Notes under the pieces: generated by a model
Databases searched by the model: none
The model's input: the letters and a program-made list of their open reading frames with translations, nothing else
What the model was told of the DNA's origin: nothing
In this document: in pieces, positions 14,120 to 26,872 of the stretch
How positions within the stretch are numbered: position 1 is the first letter of the stretch
Layout: every line of letters begins with the position of its first letter
Origin: Eledone cirrhosa
Taxonomy: Eukaryota
NCBI GenBank assembly: GCA_964016885.1
Contig: OZ024740.1
Location: forward strand, 104,966,001-105,030,000
Direction of reading: 5' to 3'
Length of the DNA: 64,000 bases
Program-made: the position numbers and the translations under genes

Positions 14120-15004
14120 CTAGCAGTAAAGCCCGGCGTTGCTTGGGGTCGCTCAGTAGCTGTGTTAAAGTTACAATGTTAAGTTTCTTTTTTGGCTTAA
14201 AAACTGTAGTGTCTACTGTGCAGACTTGCATGTGGTGTTTTTGATTAATATTCCCTCAACCAACAATATGCCTTATGAAGTTAAGAAAACATAACGATAA
14301 CCCGAATGTTATAACAAAAGAGGATGCTGGGGATAAAAACTGCACTGGTTATTTATTAACAAAGATCGAAAATGTAAACACTGCAACGCAGAGAAAAACA
14401 TTAGCGTAACCAAATTATCAGTTATGTCTGTCTGCACGCCTATATCACCTCTCTGCACGACTGTCTGTCTGCATGCCTATATCACCTCTCTGCACGACTG
14501 TCTGTCTGCACGCCTATATCACCTCTCTGCACGACTGTCTGTCTGCACGCGTATATCACCTCTCTGCACGACTGTCTGTCTGCACGCCTAACGAAATTTA
14601 CAGATACATATATTTTAAATAAACTTATATAATTTTTGCTTTTTTTTTACGAAATATTTGCTTGTTTTACGTAGTCTTTAAATAGACTTGTTTTCAAGTA
14701 AAAATATTGTTTTAAAAGGCTTCGCTGAGAAAGCCAGCGTAATTTTTTTAATTTTTGCACGCAGACGCTCAATGTAAACAGAACAAAGGGAAATAACTGA
14801 TCACTTACGCTCAAAAATCGATACATTATATTCGATTTCGTCACATAGGGTGGGTCAATTTGAAATATTTTTTTTTCCGATGTCTTCGCTAGGGCTCAAT
14901 GTACAAGTCTCGCAATTTCGGTGCAATTCCGTGAGAGATTCTAAGAGGAAATGTGTGCCAAAAATCGATAGACAGACAGACAACCACAGTTTTATATATA
15001 TAGA
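14120..15004 (-). mobile_element. Non-autonomous Helitron (885 bp)
   Basis: Minus strand A|TCTATATATATAAA 5' end; 3' CCCAAGCAACGCCGGG hairpin-like motif, then CTAG|T; no TSD. Confidence 0.85.
14425..14590. repeat. 37-bp minisatellite, ~4.5 copies, inside the Helitron
   Basis: Unit CTGTCTGTCTGCACGCCTATATCACCTCTCTGCACGA. Confidence 0.9.
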
Positions 15005-16480
15005 TGTGCGACTGATTGACGCACTTACTGTTGAAATGATGGGGGTTTTTTTCGTATTATGATTATGAATAATAATGAAATTATTTTGATTATATATTTT
15101 TGTATGTTATATATATAAGGTTGCTAGCAATAATTAATTGATTATATGTGTTTATTTTTATCTGATATAAATATAATAATTTTTTTATACAACGAAAATA
15201 TGAGAAAAAATAGCCTAACATCGATATCCCAATGATACGAGCTTGGACACTGTAGGGAAATTCAGAATTCTATCTGGCGTGCAGAACCCTTAGTGCCGTC
15301 TCGTAGTCTCATCAGACAAATGAAGAAAGCGTTGCCCCAGAGAATGGTGAGAGAAACGCGTTGAAATAGCAATTCCATATCGCAGGGCTCAGTCTTGCCA
15401 CAGTCGTTACAGCATCTGTTATATATATATATATATATATTGTTTCAGAAGATCTCGTTAAGGGTGAAAGCAGCGATTATTTGCTTAAACTTTAATCTGT
15501 TATTTTAATATATTTATATATATACTAGCTGAGCTACCCGGTGACATCCGGGTATTTTATGAAAGTTACAATATATTTGGCACACATTACAAAATATTTG
15601 ACCGTTCAAATATGATTGCTGAATTTTAACCAAAGTAGGAATTATAGCAGAATATTTATTGCCGTTTGGTCAAAATAAATCATCTAGATAAAAATATTAG
15701 TTTTTTCCAGTGGTGATTTTTTGAATACTGCTCCCTATTACAGTCAGCATATATAATGCTTTACTCATAGATGAATCATTAGGTATGTTGTCAGGGCATG
15801 ACCAAAAAAATACATTTAGATTTTTTTTATTTATCCTTTTCTTTCTTTTTTTTTTTCTTTTTTGCTCAATCTGAACTTCTGAAATTCAAACAACATGTAA
15901 AGACTATTTTAAAAACAACCATTAATAAAATATATTTAGCATTGGTTTATGATTGAATGAAGCATTTACTTACTCATTTCTGTAATTCGGGGAAAGTGTA
16001 TTTAAATTTGTACACTGTAGCTTTCACCAATCTTTGCCTCTATGGCAGTAGGATCTTGTTTGAGGGAGATTTGTTTTCTATTTCTATTAGCTATACCAAC
16101 AGTTATAGTGGCTCACATGACATACATAGATACATACACACACATGTATGTGTGTAAGACAGTTGTTTGTGATTTGAAATGGATTTTGCTAATATTTCTA
16201 GTAGATCGAGTTATCACATAGAACCATTCCTTTTTGCTTCATACATATATACATACCTGAGAAAGTAAGGTGGGATTTGACGGAAATTTGGCTGTTATTT
16301 CTACCCAACAAAGTCCCCACTTTTACTACTTTATATAGCAGAGGTACCCGGGAATGCCTGCATATTCTTCCAAAGTAACACCAAGCAGTAAATTTGCGGC
16401 TTCAGAATTCCTTGCAAACTACATGACTAAGGAATTAGGATCTGTGTGGATTGTCATTGAATGAGGAATTACGACATTGC

Positions 16481-19400
16481 TCATTCCAAAGCCTCTGGAT
16501 AAACAACATTCTTGGTTTTGCCCTGTGGTGCCACAATGAAGAGACAATCAGGGTTCCCAACCCTTGTTGTGCCAACATAGAGTTGACTATGCGAAAAGAC
16601 AGGATCTGCCAGATTCAACCCAATGACTTTCAATGATTGCCCTTGAGATTTATTAATAGTCATGGCAAAACTGAGCCTGATCAGAAATTGAAGTCTTTGA
16701 AATTCAAATGGCAAATCAGTTGGCTTCAGAGGTATTCTGGAAATGAAACAATTGTCACCAGCAAATTTTCCTGACATGATTGCAACTTCTAGAATATTGG
16801 ACATCATATTTTTAATGATGAGTCTTGTGCCATTACAAAGTTTTGGAGGATCCAGATTGTGAAGTAGCATAACCGATGCTCCAAGCATCAGTATCAGATT
16901 GTGTGGAGGAACTCCCGCTTGTTCAAGACTGTTCAAAAATTCAGTTGGATAGTTTACAACCTGGTCTTGAGAAGTGATTGTGTCAACTGATTTGTAGCAT
17001 ATTTTTTCTCCCAATAACATCTCCAGCAGCTTTCTGTTGAGTTCTTTCACAGCAACATTTTTAGGTACTAAGATTGCTTTTTCACAGAGCCATTTCGGAT
17101 CACATTGGCTGGTATGAATGTTTGGAAACACTCTGGCAATCAGTTCTTGTTCTGTGTCAAGGGTATGGACAAATGACAACTGAATATGGTCATTAGAATC
17201 CTTTTCAAGAAGTCCATTTTCCAATTTAAGTAGTTGGATTGCAAACTCACTGACACCTTCATCATCAGTTAAGTGCACTCGCATGTTGGTTGTAAGGCTC
17301 AGTAGCTGAAAGTGGGGCCAGGGATAGGATGTTTTCAGACAGGCATTGACTTGATCAGCTTGAATCCCTCGAAGAATTACAGGCAGAGTTTGTCTGAAAT
17401 CACCAGCAAGAACTATTGTCACTCCTCCCATTATGCAACTATTTTCTCTCAGATCCCTTATCGTCCGGTCCAAAGCTTCAATTGCTCCTTTATGGCTCAT
17501 AGTAGCTTCATCCCAAATTATCATCTTGCATGTTTGCAGAAGCTTGCCCTTGGCGGGTGAGTTCTTCTTGATGTTGCAAAAAGATTGTTTATGCCGTGTG
17601 AGATCGATGGGCAGCTTAAACATGGAGTGTGCAGTTCTTCCTCTATCCAGAAGTGTTGCTGTAATGCCACTTGAAGCCACAGCAAGGGCAATATGTTGCT
17701 TTTGGCGAACTTTTGCAAGCAGGAGGTTTATGAGGAATGTCTTGCCTGTGCCAGCAGGAGCACCGATGAAGAAAAGTCCTCCCCTGTCATTTTGAATGTT
17801 TTCGATGATGTCGTGGTAGGCGTATTTCTGGTCATCCATCAATCGAGGTTCATTTTCATCCACAAACTTACGTAATGCTTGAATATCGTAGTTTGTCTCC
17901 TGAAAAATGTCTTGTGCTATCTCCACTTCTTCATCCCACAGTTAACTAATGTGCTATTCATTGCCTGAACTCGATGGGACAGGTCACAGAGAGCTTGATT
18001 GTAAATCCTGGGAGTATATTCCATATACATATTGCCATGATGTCTTCGAGCTAGGATAGTCGTCCGACATATCGTTTTTGTACTCCTGCCAGAGTAGATG
18101 AGCTTCATCAATTCCACATGCTGTGAGCATAATAGTAAATAATTGTCTTATTTGACTGGCTACTTGAGTGATTGATGCTTCTTCTAGGCACTTCTTCCAG
18201 TGTCCATTGTCCATGCTGTTTACATGCTTCTTGGTATGTTGCGCACTCCCTTCCTCTGAAGCATCTAAGATCCTCAAATGACGTTGGTCTTCGAACAGTA
18301 TGCAGAAGTAGCTGTAAATAAAAACATTCTCTGTTGTTGGGATGGACATTGTAAACACGCCCAATAGCATCACTTGACTTGACTTCATGACCTTCCACTA
18401 AATGACCCTGCTTTCTTCGATTCCATGTCTTGCAATTGGTCCAGGTGTAGTATGTTTGGACTTCAGCATATAGGAGGGATCGAGCAAATTCATCATTCTC
18501 GCAGAGTTTAAAGAAAGCAGTTAGTGTAGTGTCATGTGATGCTTATACCAACTGATGAGCAGTGATCCATTTTCCGGATGGACTGCGAGGTTGACCACTG
18601 TTGGGTGGCGTTGGTGGATATCAAACCCAAAGATTCGCCAGATAGCTTCATTGCTGGAGATGTATCAACCTGTTTGATACCGTTTGACCTCATCCAGCCC
18701 ACCATCATTGAGTTCTTTGTCAGTAATAAAGGTAGCCATGTCATTGCCCTTGTTGATATATTTTGTGACATATAGGATTGCCTTGATGGAGCTGCAATAC
18801 TCAACATTGATATGAGCTTTTAAAAGTTTACACAACATTTTGTTGTGTGGGACGACCCACTGATTGATTATGGTCAGCTCCTCTCCTCGAACTGTTAGGC
18901 TTGCAGTATTGCCTCCATGTTCTGGTCTACGCCTACGATAAAGGGGGGTATCCATTATTGTCAATCCGAGTTTCCCGAATAAAAGCTCTAGGATAATGTT
19001 TGCATTTTTTATCTTTCATGCAGGGAGAGGCTGGATTGATGACTCCACATGGACCATGAATGAGTTTGGACTTGATGGTTTCAAAGAACTCTGGATCACC
19101 ACCTTTATCAGGCAACTCTGCTGAAATGATCTTATCAACATCATCTGGTCTTATCTTCTTGCACCAGATTAGTGTGTGAGAGTGAGGAAGATCTCTCTTC
19201 TGCCACTTAATAGTGGTCATCCAAGCACTAAGCTCACCAAAGATTCTTCCTTCTTTTAGGAGTCAGATGAGTTTCTTTTGCTTTTCGTCGATCCTTTGGT
19301 TTTTGATTTTGAAATAATTCATTTGATATTTCTGACCAGTTTGAATTGCATGTAAATGTAATGAAGAGATCTGGCCGGCCAAACATTCTGACATAGGCCA

Positions 19401-20824
19401 TTGCATCTTGCGTACGTTCATGCATGTAACGTGGTCCTCCCATGAAGCTTGATGGTAGTATGACTGGCTGGCCAATATTTCTTGGGTCAACATCAGAATT
19501 GATGGCATCTCTAAGGTGGATGTAGTTATCTGCCCTCAACTTAGTTTGATTCCTTCGCAGAAAACCCAAACTTTCTGTTTCAATTTTGGCATACATGTCC
19601 ACCATGAACTGACTGGTTACTTCTTTGAATCGCTGAACTTTATTGAAGTGGTCACGTACCATGAAATGATAAGCATAGAATTCTTTGGAGTTGATTGATC
19701 GGCCAGTTTCTTGTCCCGTTCCTGGGCTGATATGCCGTAGCTGAAAATGATATCCATCTTGACCATTCCAAAAGATGAGCGGATATTGGAGTGAATCATA
19801 GGCTCTATAGTTTCACAAATTCGCTCCAAATGTCCACTTCGTTTTTACAAAACAATGTCACATCGTTCATGCTGTTCATCAACCATTATGATTGCAACTT
19901 CATCAGTGACAAGTGCATTGACTCTGCATTCATGTTCTGAAGCTGGGCGTTTGTCTGCCCTAATGATGATTTTACGATCTCTGGTGTTGTTCATATGCTC
20001 CAGTGCATATTTAAATACACTGACGTACATGTGATGTTGGTGAAGCATTTCTTGTAACTTTATGACTATGTAGAACTGCAATCCACCATGGACATTGGTA
20101 ATCTTTGTTGTGGCTGTGTTTCATTTGCACCCATGAAGTAAACCTGCACAAATTTGTGAGGCTCCTGTGAAAGTGGCAGAAGGCCACCCATTAAGTGGTA
20201 ACATTGTCCCTGAATTTTATAAGTTGTACAAAATCTAAAGTCAGTCACATTCCTGTCAGCCCCAAAAGATGTCATTTGAAAGGCAGAATTATATTTTATG
20301 ATGTATTTATTGAAGTGTCGTGCTTCTGGTGTATGCTGAAGGAGCAGATTCTTCAGAAATTCAGGAGGTTCTTGTATTGTTTTAAGGCTCACTTTGCCTT
20401 TTGAGCAGCATAGACTTGGTGTTTCTGTTGCCCACTTCTTGGCAACACAATACTGGCAGCATTTGTTCATTTTCCCAATGTTGATTTGTGGATTACTGCT
20501 GTAGTCCTTTTGGGGCTTATAAGAAAAAGCACCCATCAACCAGTTCATTTTACTTGTGGCTTGTTCTCCTGCTCGGGTAGAACGATGTGCTTGATTAGCA
20601 TTTCGTCTGATTTGCTGCTGTTCCTTAATTTGTTGTTCTCGTGTAGCAGCAGTCCTTTGTTCCCTTTCATCCAAACAGTGTGCTCGTACTAAAGCTGTTT
20701 GGGTTCTGTTAGCAGCTAGACGGTCATGCCGAACTTCTTCACTTTCTTCAGATCGCTGTGTTTTCTTTCTCTTAGCCTCTGAAGATGACCTTCTATATAA
20801 TGATCTGGAACGTTTTCTAGGCAT
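16481..20824 (-). pseudogene. Helitron RepHel transposase (HUH Rep + Pif1-family helicase), frameshifted; helicase segment 16481-17926 still open
   Basis: MPRKRS start, CQYC..CCSKG zinc motif, DLFITFTCN, WQKRDLPHSHTL (HUH), YVTKYINKG (Y2), GAPAGTGKT, IIWDE, GDFRQ, FAMTINKSQGQS. Confidence 0.93.
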
Positions 20825-20851
20825 TTGAAGTGATATTATTACACACCACAC

Positions 20852-20914
20852 GATAAAATAAAGTACCAGTAATGCACTGGAATAATTGCTGGCCTTGTGC
20901 CAAAAGTAGAAACA
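20852..20914 (+). mobile_element. 5'-truncated SINE tail with 17-bp TSD
   Basis: ATTATTACACACCACAC at 20835-20851 and 20915-20931 flanks GATAAAATAAAGTACCAG...GTAGAAACA. Confidence 0.85.
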
Positions 20915-21119
20915 ATTATTACACACCACACTCTTTCCGAAATAGAAACAACTATAGAATGTATTGTTCACTCAGTAAAGTTGTTTTAAATTATCTCTTT
21001 ATATGAATGTATATTAGGTGTAATTAATTTTAGACATATGTAGAAAATATTGGGATTTCAGATTGTATCCCCAAAAATGACAAACACTACAAAAAAAAAT
21101 ATTTTCTGTGTTAATTCAA

Positions 21120-22200
21120 ATAACTGTTTCTACGTTAGGCACAAGGCCAGCAATAACCCAGTGTATTACTGGTACTTTATTCTATCGACCCCGTAAGGAT
21201 GAAAGGCAAAGTTAGCCTCGGCGGGATTTGAACTCAGAATGGCAAGGGCCGTAACTCATTGCGCCAAAGCATGGCATCCGACACTCTACCAATACTGCCA
21301 ATCAAATAATATCTTTTAAAAATATCGTTTTTTTTTTTTGTCTGTTAAATACAACTTCTATAAAAGCATCTGTGATTTCTTTAAACATATGTAGAAAATA
21401 AGCTTTGTGGTAACATATATCGTCTGCTAAATAACGCCCCCCCCCCCATAACACACGTGTGTGTAAATATACATATAAACGCGGACACACGTTAGTTAAA
21501 GAATCCCTCCAATGACCCCCCTCTCTCCTGCCTCTTTACTTTTTTTCTCTCTCCCATCTTTTCTCTTTTCTTATTGTCTTTCTCTCCCCATCCGCATCAC
21601 TCCCTTTCTCTTTCTCATCTCCTCTCTTTCTTTCTCTCACTCATCCTCTACACAATAGCAAACAAAAAATAAATAAAAGATAAATAACATTGGGAGAGTT
21701 AAGAAGTGAGTAAAAATAATTGTTTCTACTTTTGGCACAAGGCCAGAAAATACCCAGTGTATTACTGGTACTTTATTTTATCGACCCCGTAAGGATGAAA
21801 GGCAAAGTTAACCTCGGCGGGATTTGAACTCAGAATGGCAAGGGCCGTAACTCAATGCGTCAAAGCATGGCGTCCGACCCTCTACCGATACTGCCAATCC
21901 ACTAAAAATAATAAATAAATAAAAGTTAATGAACGCTTGCTACTTTCGCTCTCTCTCTCACATACCCCCCTCTCTCTACGGAATAGAGAACAAAAAATAA
22001 AGAAAAGATAAATAACTGTTTCTACTTTTGGCACAAGGCCAGTAATTACCCAGTGCATTACTGGTACTTTATTTTATCGACCCCGTAAGGATGAAAGGCA
22101 AAGTCAACCTCGGCGGGATTTGAACTCAGATCGTAAAGGGACGTAACTATGCTGGAAAGCATGGCGTCCGACCCTCTACTGATGCTGCCAATCCACCAAA
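21120..22200 (-). mobile_element. Three near-full SINE copies (~21120-21305, 21715-21905, 22010-22200) in the Helitron 5' region
   Basis: Highly similar ~185-bp units with B box GTTCAAATCCC and shared flanking sequence. Confidence 0.85.
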
Positions 22201-23137
22201 ATAACGTTAAGGAAGCGGGAGAGTTAAAAAGTGTGTAAAAATAATAAATAAATAAAAGTTAAGAATGCTGGTTACTTTCCCTCTCTCTTTTTCATCGTCT
22301 TTCTCTCATCCCCTTACTCTCTTTCTTTCTCTCTCACATCCCCTTACTCTCCCATCTCCCACTCATCCCTTACTCTCTCACATCCCCTTACTCTCTCTCT
22401 CCCATCCACTCACACTCTCTCTCTCTTTTTCTTCTCATCCCCTTACTCTCTCTCTTTCTCTCTCCCATCCCTCACTCTCTTATCTACAGACTGGAGAACA
22501 TAAAAAACAAAATGGATGATCTCTTTTGATATTCATTAGAAAATAAGATAAATTGAATTTAAATGAATTCCTTGCTTTGCAAAGTAAAACTTTTTCGACC
22601 GTTACTTGTCCGAGTGTATAGTGAATATGAACATGTAATTTTGAGGAGTTTGGTCCGGTAGTTTGCTAGTTTTAGGCGGACACACAGAATCGTAAAGTTG
22701 CATTTATATATATATAGATATGTTTCTTTATTAGCCACAGGGGCAAAAAAGAAGGGGACAATTACAAAGGGGGGGGGGGGGAGTTTACATACAATAAAAA
22801 CGTGTAAAATGTTATCACAATTGTAAATTAAAAGTTAATCGATTTTCCCCAATAGGGGAAGACAGTTCATATGGGTAGCACATACATCTGAAAAAAATGT
22901 ACCACTCTCATCTCCAGGAGTACAAAGAGTTTGTACCCCTTTCCTCTCCCTACAGGCTGATATAGAGAGAAGGCCCATTCACTCGGGCATTTATATATAT
23001 ATACATAGATAGATAATTATATATTCGTGTAAAGATATGTTTGCATACACAATAATAAAATATAAACAAACGTATTTATTTCACGAGGCTCGATAAGGAT
23101 AAATATATATCAAATATATAAGAACCCTAGAGCAAAT

Positions 23138-23165
23138 CCCGAGCAACGCCGGGCAATTCTGCTAG
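23138..23165 (+). mobile_element. Helitron 3' terminus (5' end not located)
   Basis: CCCGAGCAACGCCGGG hairpin, 8 nt, then CTAG|T; same type as the end at 14120-14148. Confidence 0.7.
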
Positions 23166-24054
23166 TTTATGTTAAAAAGCGTTAAATGTTATTACTGTAG
23201 AATATACATGGCAGTAAGGAAACAAAAAAGAAAAGAAAAGAAGAAAACGAGTTTAAAAAAAAAAGAATTAAGCAACGAAAGAGAGGAAGGGGGCGACAGA
23301 ACTACATCCTAGTCTGAACGGTGCCCCGCGGATACAATGGCAAAGGTATTTCCGCGGAGAATTACCAGATGCACCCGCTGTAACAACCACCCCACCCCAC
23401 TTCTCCCTCAGACGGGCTGTTGTCTTACAGAATCTGCGAAGGAAATCAGCACGGCGGGGACCGAGGACACCTGAGATCTAAACAGTGACTGGTACCGAAA
23501 GAGTAGTGTGGAGGTTAGGTCATGTCGTATAGTGCCAGACCCACCGCCAGGCTTTGGAGCTCAGAGGTGGGGTACTCTTTCGCAAGGAAAGTATTTCAGG
23601 ACGTTTTTTTAAAAATAAACTCGCTTTTCTAAATCTGTGCCCTCACCCCCGTATAGTGCAGTGTATGGGAGTCAGTTAATATTTTTTTATCAATTAGTAG
23701 TAGTCAACAATGTTCGGAAGAACTGGGCAGCTGACAACGTAGTTTATGTCACGTTGGCTTTACAGAATCATCAGGTGATGCATGTGAGGGTGCTTGACTA
23801 TTCCATCACCTTATTTTCGCTATCACCCACGTTAATGCTGTATCTTGGCTTGCCTAAAATACTTTAGAAGGCAACACTGACATTTCCAGTTGTAATATGT
23901 AATTGAACGAACAGAATCAGCAATGATGTTTCGATTACACATCATTTATATTATTATTGCAATTGAAATGTTGTATACAAATTTAAGTTGTGTTTGTTAG
24001 GAGTGCATTTACGAATGAATGCAATACTGTATAAGTTGGTGTGTTAAATAAAGG

Positions 24055-24460
24055 AAAGACTGACTTGGTAGACAGTCACAAGATTAATAATCATCTTTCC
24101 AACAACAACCCTGGACACCTTTTTGAATTCCATGTGTCTAACACATGTAGACATGCTGACAAAATCAGAAAACAGTACAGCTCCCATGACTTTCGGAAAT
24201 ACTTTTTAATGTTCGGAGTTGCTGAAGCATGGAACAAACTACCTGCATCGGTTGTTAGCTGTCGGAACAATGCATCCTCCAAAACTTCCATGCTCCGCGA
24301 AATTCACCAACACTACACCTGATATCGTCCTCCCCCATACACACACACACGCATGTATCACGACTCGTACACAGTTCACTTTCTTGACTTTTGTACATTA
24401 TTCTATGTATTATACATGCACCTTTGATGAGTTGTAGTACACCTGATCACTACATAATAT
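24055..24460 (+). mobile_element. CR1-type LINE 3' fragment
   Basis: FRKYFLMFGVAEAWNKLPASVV; paralogous to 31780-32222. Confidence 0.75.
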
Positions 24461-24603
24461 GATGAAAGGTACACAAATATTTAAGCTCAGTAAAGTGGAG
24501 CTACCACCATTTAGTTGCGATTTTATATAATTTCCAACGCACTTATTATAATTAACACACAAATAATTAAAAAAAAATTTTCAAAGAAGTTTTCCTTTTG
24601 TGA

Positions 24604-24649
<46 letters not shown>

Positions 24650-25294
24650 GGTGAGAGGGAAGTATTGTTGTTACTGAGATAAATCACATGATATTTTAAC
24701 ACTTCAAGAATTTCTCTATACTTTCACAGCTTTATATATATATATGCATATTTTACTTCGCATGTATATACATAATTGAGTTATGAAGGTTAAAAGAAAC
24801 AACGCATGCTGGATAATGAAATTGTCAAGATACCACCTGTATAAAAACAACTATACAACTAATAATATATGCGACTACTACTATTAGATACGAAACAACG
24901 GTTACAGTACCAACGTTGGTGTTCAGACCTTGGTGGAGGTCGGTTAAAATATATTTTTCTACCGGTTTTCCGATACGTTCTACAAGCTGGATTTCCTCTA
25001 TAAATAACCACTGCCACGCTTCTACCTTTTACAACGTATATATATATAGGTTTGCCCTTCTTGTATTACTACTGTTTCCACTAGTCTTAATCTTCTGCTT
25101 TATTCACTTGACTTCGTGTAATAGTGTAGCTACATTATACATACAGACACACACATATATATATATATACATTGTGTATATTCTTTGTAGCGGATATTTT
25201 TATTCCCCGTGACTTTGGCATCGATGAAAACATTAAAAACAATGTCTTTGTTGCTTTCTCGTGAGAACTAGGCATTATTGTTTTTGTCCCAACA

Positions 25295-26872
25295 ATGAAT
25301 ATAAGACGGTTACCGCAAAGCTGGTTTACTCAACTTGGAAGCAGAGTTTCTGACAGCAAATTATGTCCAGTGCCCTGTTGGCGACACGGTTTCAACCCTT
25401 GTAACTGTCGCCGTGCTGCCAGTTACTCGAAGCTACACCAAATAAATAGATCTGAAAAGAGATATATCCGGCATACTTCAAGACCTGTTTTTAGTGGACC
25501 TGACAATGTTGAGAATCCTCGTCTAGCTCCCTTACAAGTTACTTCTATACTTCGTGTTAACGAACTCAGTGTCGATGTGAACGAGGGAGCTGTGAAATAT
25601 TTCGAATCCAACCAGCTCCAGTCTAACAATCCTATTGAAGATAGACGAAGCAATGTCAAGTTTGTCGGCAGCCATAGATTTTTGTTCGGTGTTTTCGATG
25701 GACACGCTGGCTGTGCCTGTGCACAAGCCATTAGTGAAAGGCTTTATTATTATATCGCGTTGATGATTTCACCTCCACATTGGATTGAAAAAATTGTTCA
25801 CTTATTGAAGGACCGTGGAATAGATATTCACTCAACGGGTATCTTGGACTGGTACCGAGGCCCACACGACTATGTCAACAAAGAACTTTCTCCGATGTAT
25901 AGTAAAAGTTTGGTTAAACTAGCAAATGAAATATTAGCGCTGTATATTGAAGAAGAATCCACGATTGATGATCATTTGTTGAGTGCATTTTGTCGACTGG
26001 ATCAAGATATTGTACAGGAAGCACTACCGAATTACTCCAACAAAGTTAGCAACTTCGAAGCGATGCAGATAGCCTTTTCTGGTTCCTGTGCTTGTGTTGC
26101 AATGGTGGACGGTACAAACTTGTACGTTGCTAACACAGGCGATTGCAAGGCCGTGTTAGGGGTCAACGTAGGAGATGACCAGTGGGAAGCCAAAGAACTA
26201 TCTCATGATCACAATGCTGACAATATTCAAGAATGTAGAAGACTAGTGAATTCTCATCCGAATGAAGGGACCCATTTGATTAGAAACGGTCGCTTATTGG
26301 GGGATTTAGCCCCATTAAGGGCCTTTGGAGACGTACGATACAAATGGCCGGCCACTGAGTTGAAACATGTCGTCAAAACCATGGCTTATTCTACACCATA
26401 CGGAAACAACCTTATTCCTGCCCACTATCACACCCCACCTTATCTGACAGCTGAGCCTGAAGTAATCAGTCGTCGTCTCACTCCAAAGGACAAGTTTTTG
26501 GTGTTAGCAACTGATGGATTATGGGAGATGGTCAATCCAGAGAAAGTTGTAAAAATCATAGCCGGCCACATGGAAGGGAAACAAGTCCATGTCAATTTCA
26601 GGTTACCTTACAGTGAAATCAATTTAGCGGATATTAACCAGATCTTGTTGAAGAGGAAAAGTAGCCTGGCCAATAAAGCTGAGGATTCTAACGCTGCTAC
26701 ACATTTAATCCGTAATGCTCTTGGACCGGAGCATGGCCGAGTGTCTGCTATGTTGACTCTACCAATTCATATATCACGTCTATACAGAGATGATATAACT
26801 GTTACTGTCGTATATTTCGATACAGACTATATACGTGACCATTTTCATCAGTCTTCAGGTGAACAGCTATAA
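25295..26872 (+). CDS. PDP1: Pyruvate dehydrogenase [acetyl-transferring]-phosphatase catalytic subunit, mitochondrial (PP2C/PPM family), 525 aa, single coding exon
   Basis: Intact ORF with an Arg/Ser-rich transit-peptide-like N-terminus, NQLQSNNPIEDRR, FGVFDGHAGCAC, ANTGDC, PLRAFGD, TPPYLTAEPE, LATDGLW, NAATHLIRNAL, RDDITV. The symbol denotes the PDP1/PDP2 family. Confidence 0.93.
   Translation: MNIRRLPQSWFTQLGSRVSDSKLCPVPCWRHGFNPCNCRRAASYSKLHQINRSEKRYIRHTSRPVFSGPDNVENPRLAPLQVTSILRVNELSVDVNEGAVKYFESNQLQSNNPIEDRRSNVKFVGSHRFLFGVFDGHAGCACAQAISERLYYYIALMISPPHWIEKIVHLLKDRGIDIHSTGILDWYRGPHDYVNKELSPMYSKSLVKLANEILALYIEEESTIDDHLLSAFCRLDQDIVQEALPNYSNKVSNFEAMQIAFSGSCACVAMVDGTNLYVANTGDCKAVLGVNVGDDQWEAKELSHDHNADNIQECRRLVNSHPNEGTHLIRNGRLLGDLAPLRAFGDVRYKWPATELKHVVKTMAYSTPYGNNLIPAHYHTPPYLTAEPEVISRRLTPKDKFLVLATDGLWEMVNPEKVVKIIAGHMEGKQVHVNFRLPYSEINLADINQILLKRKSSLANKAEDSNAATHLIRNALGPEHGRVSAMLTLPIHISRLYRDDITVTVVYFDTDYIRDHFHQSSGEQL

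Larger units (their letters stand above)
15525..22718 (-). mobile_element. Full-length, decayed autonomous-type Helitron (~7.2 kb)
   Basis: 5' A|TCTATATATATATAAA at 22718; 3' hairpin TACCCGG-ATGTCA-CCGGGTA (15535-15554), 6 nt, then CTAG|T at 15525; contains RepHel. Confidence 0.85.

Noticed and set aside
15290-15365. Hammerhead-like words (CTGATGAG on minus; TGAAGA...GAAACGCGT on plus)
   Set aside because: No convincing helix II or correctly spaced core on either strand.
16481-17926. Host PIF1 helicase gene
   Set aside because: It is contiguous with frameshifted HUH Rep fragments and lies inside Helitron termini.
24647-24840. Possible Tc1/mariner MITE (TA-CAGGGTG...CACCTG-TA)
   Set aside because: Terminal complementarity is only ~6 bp, too little to call.
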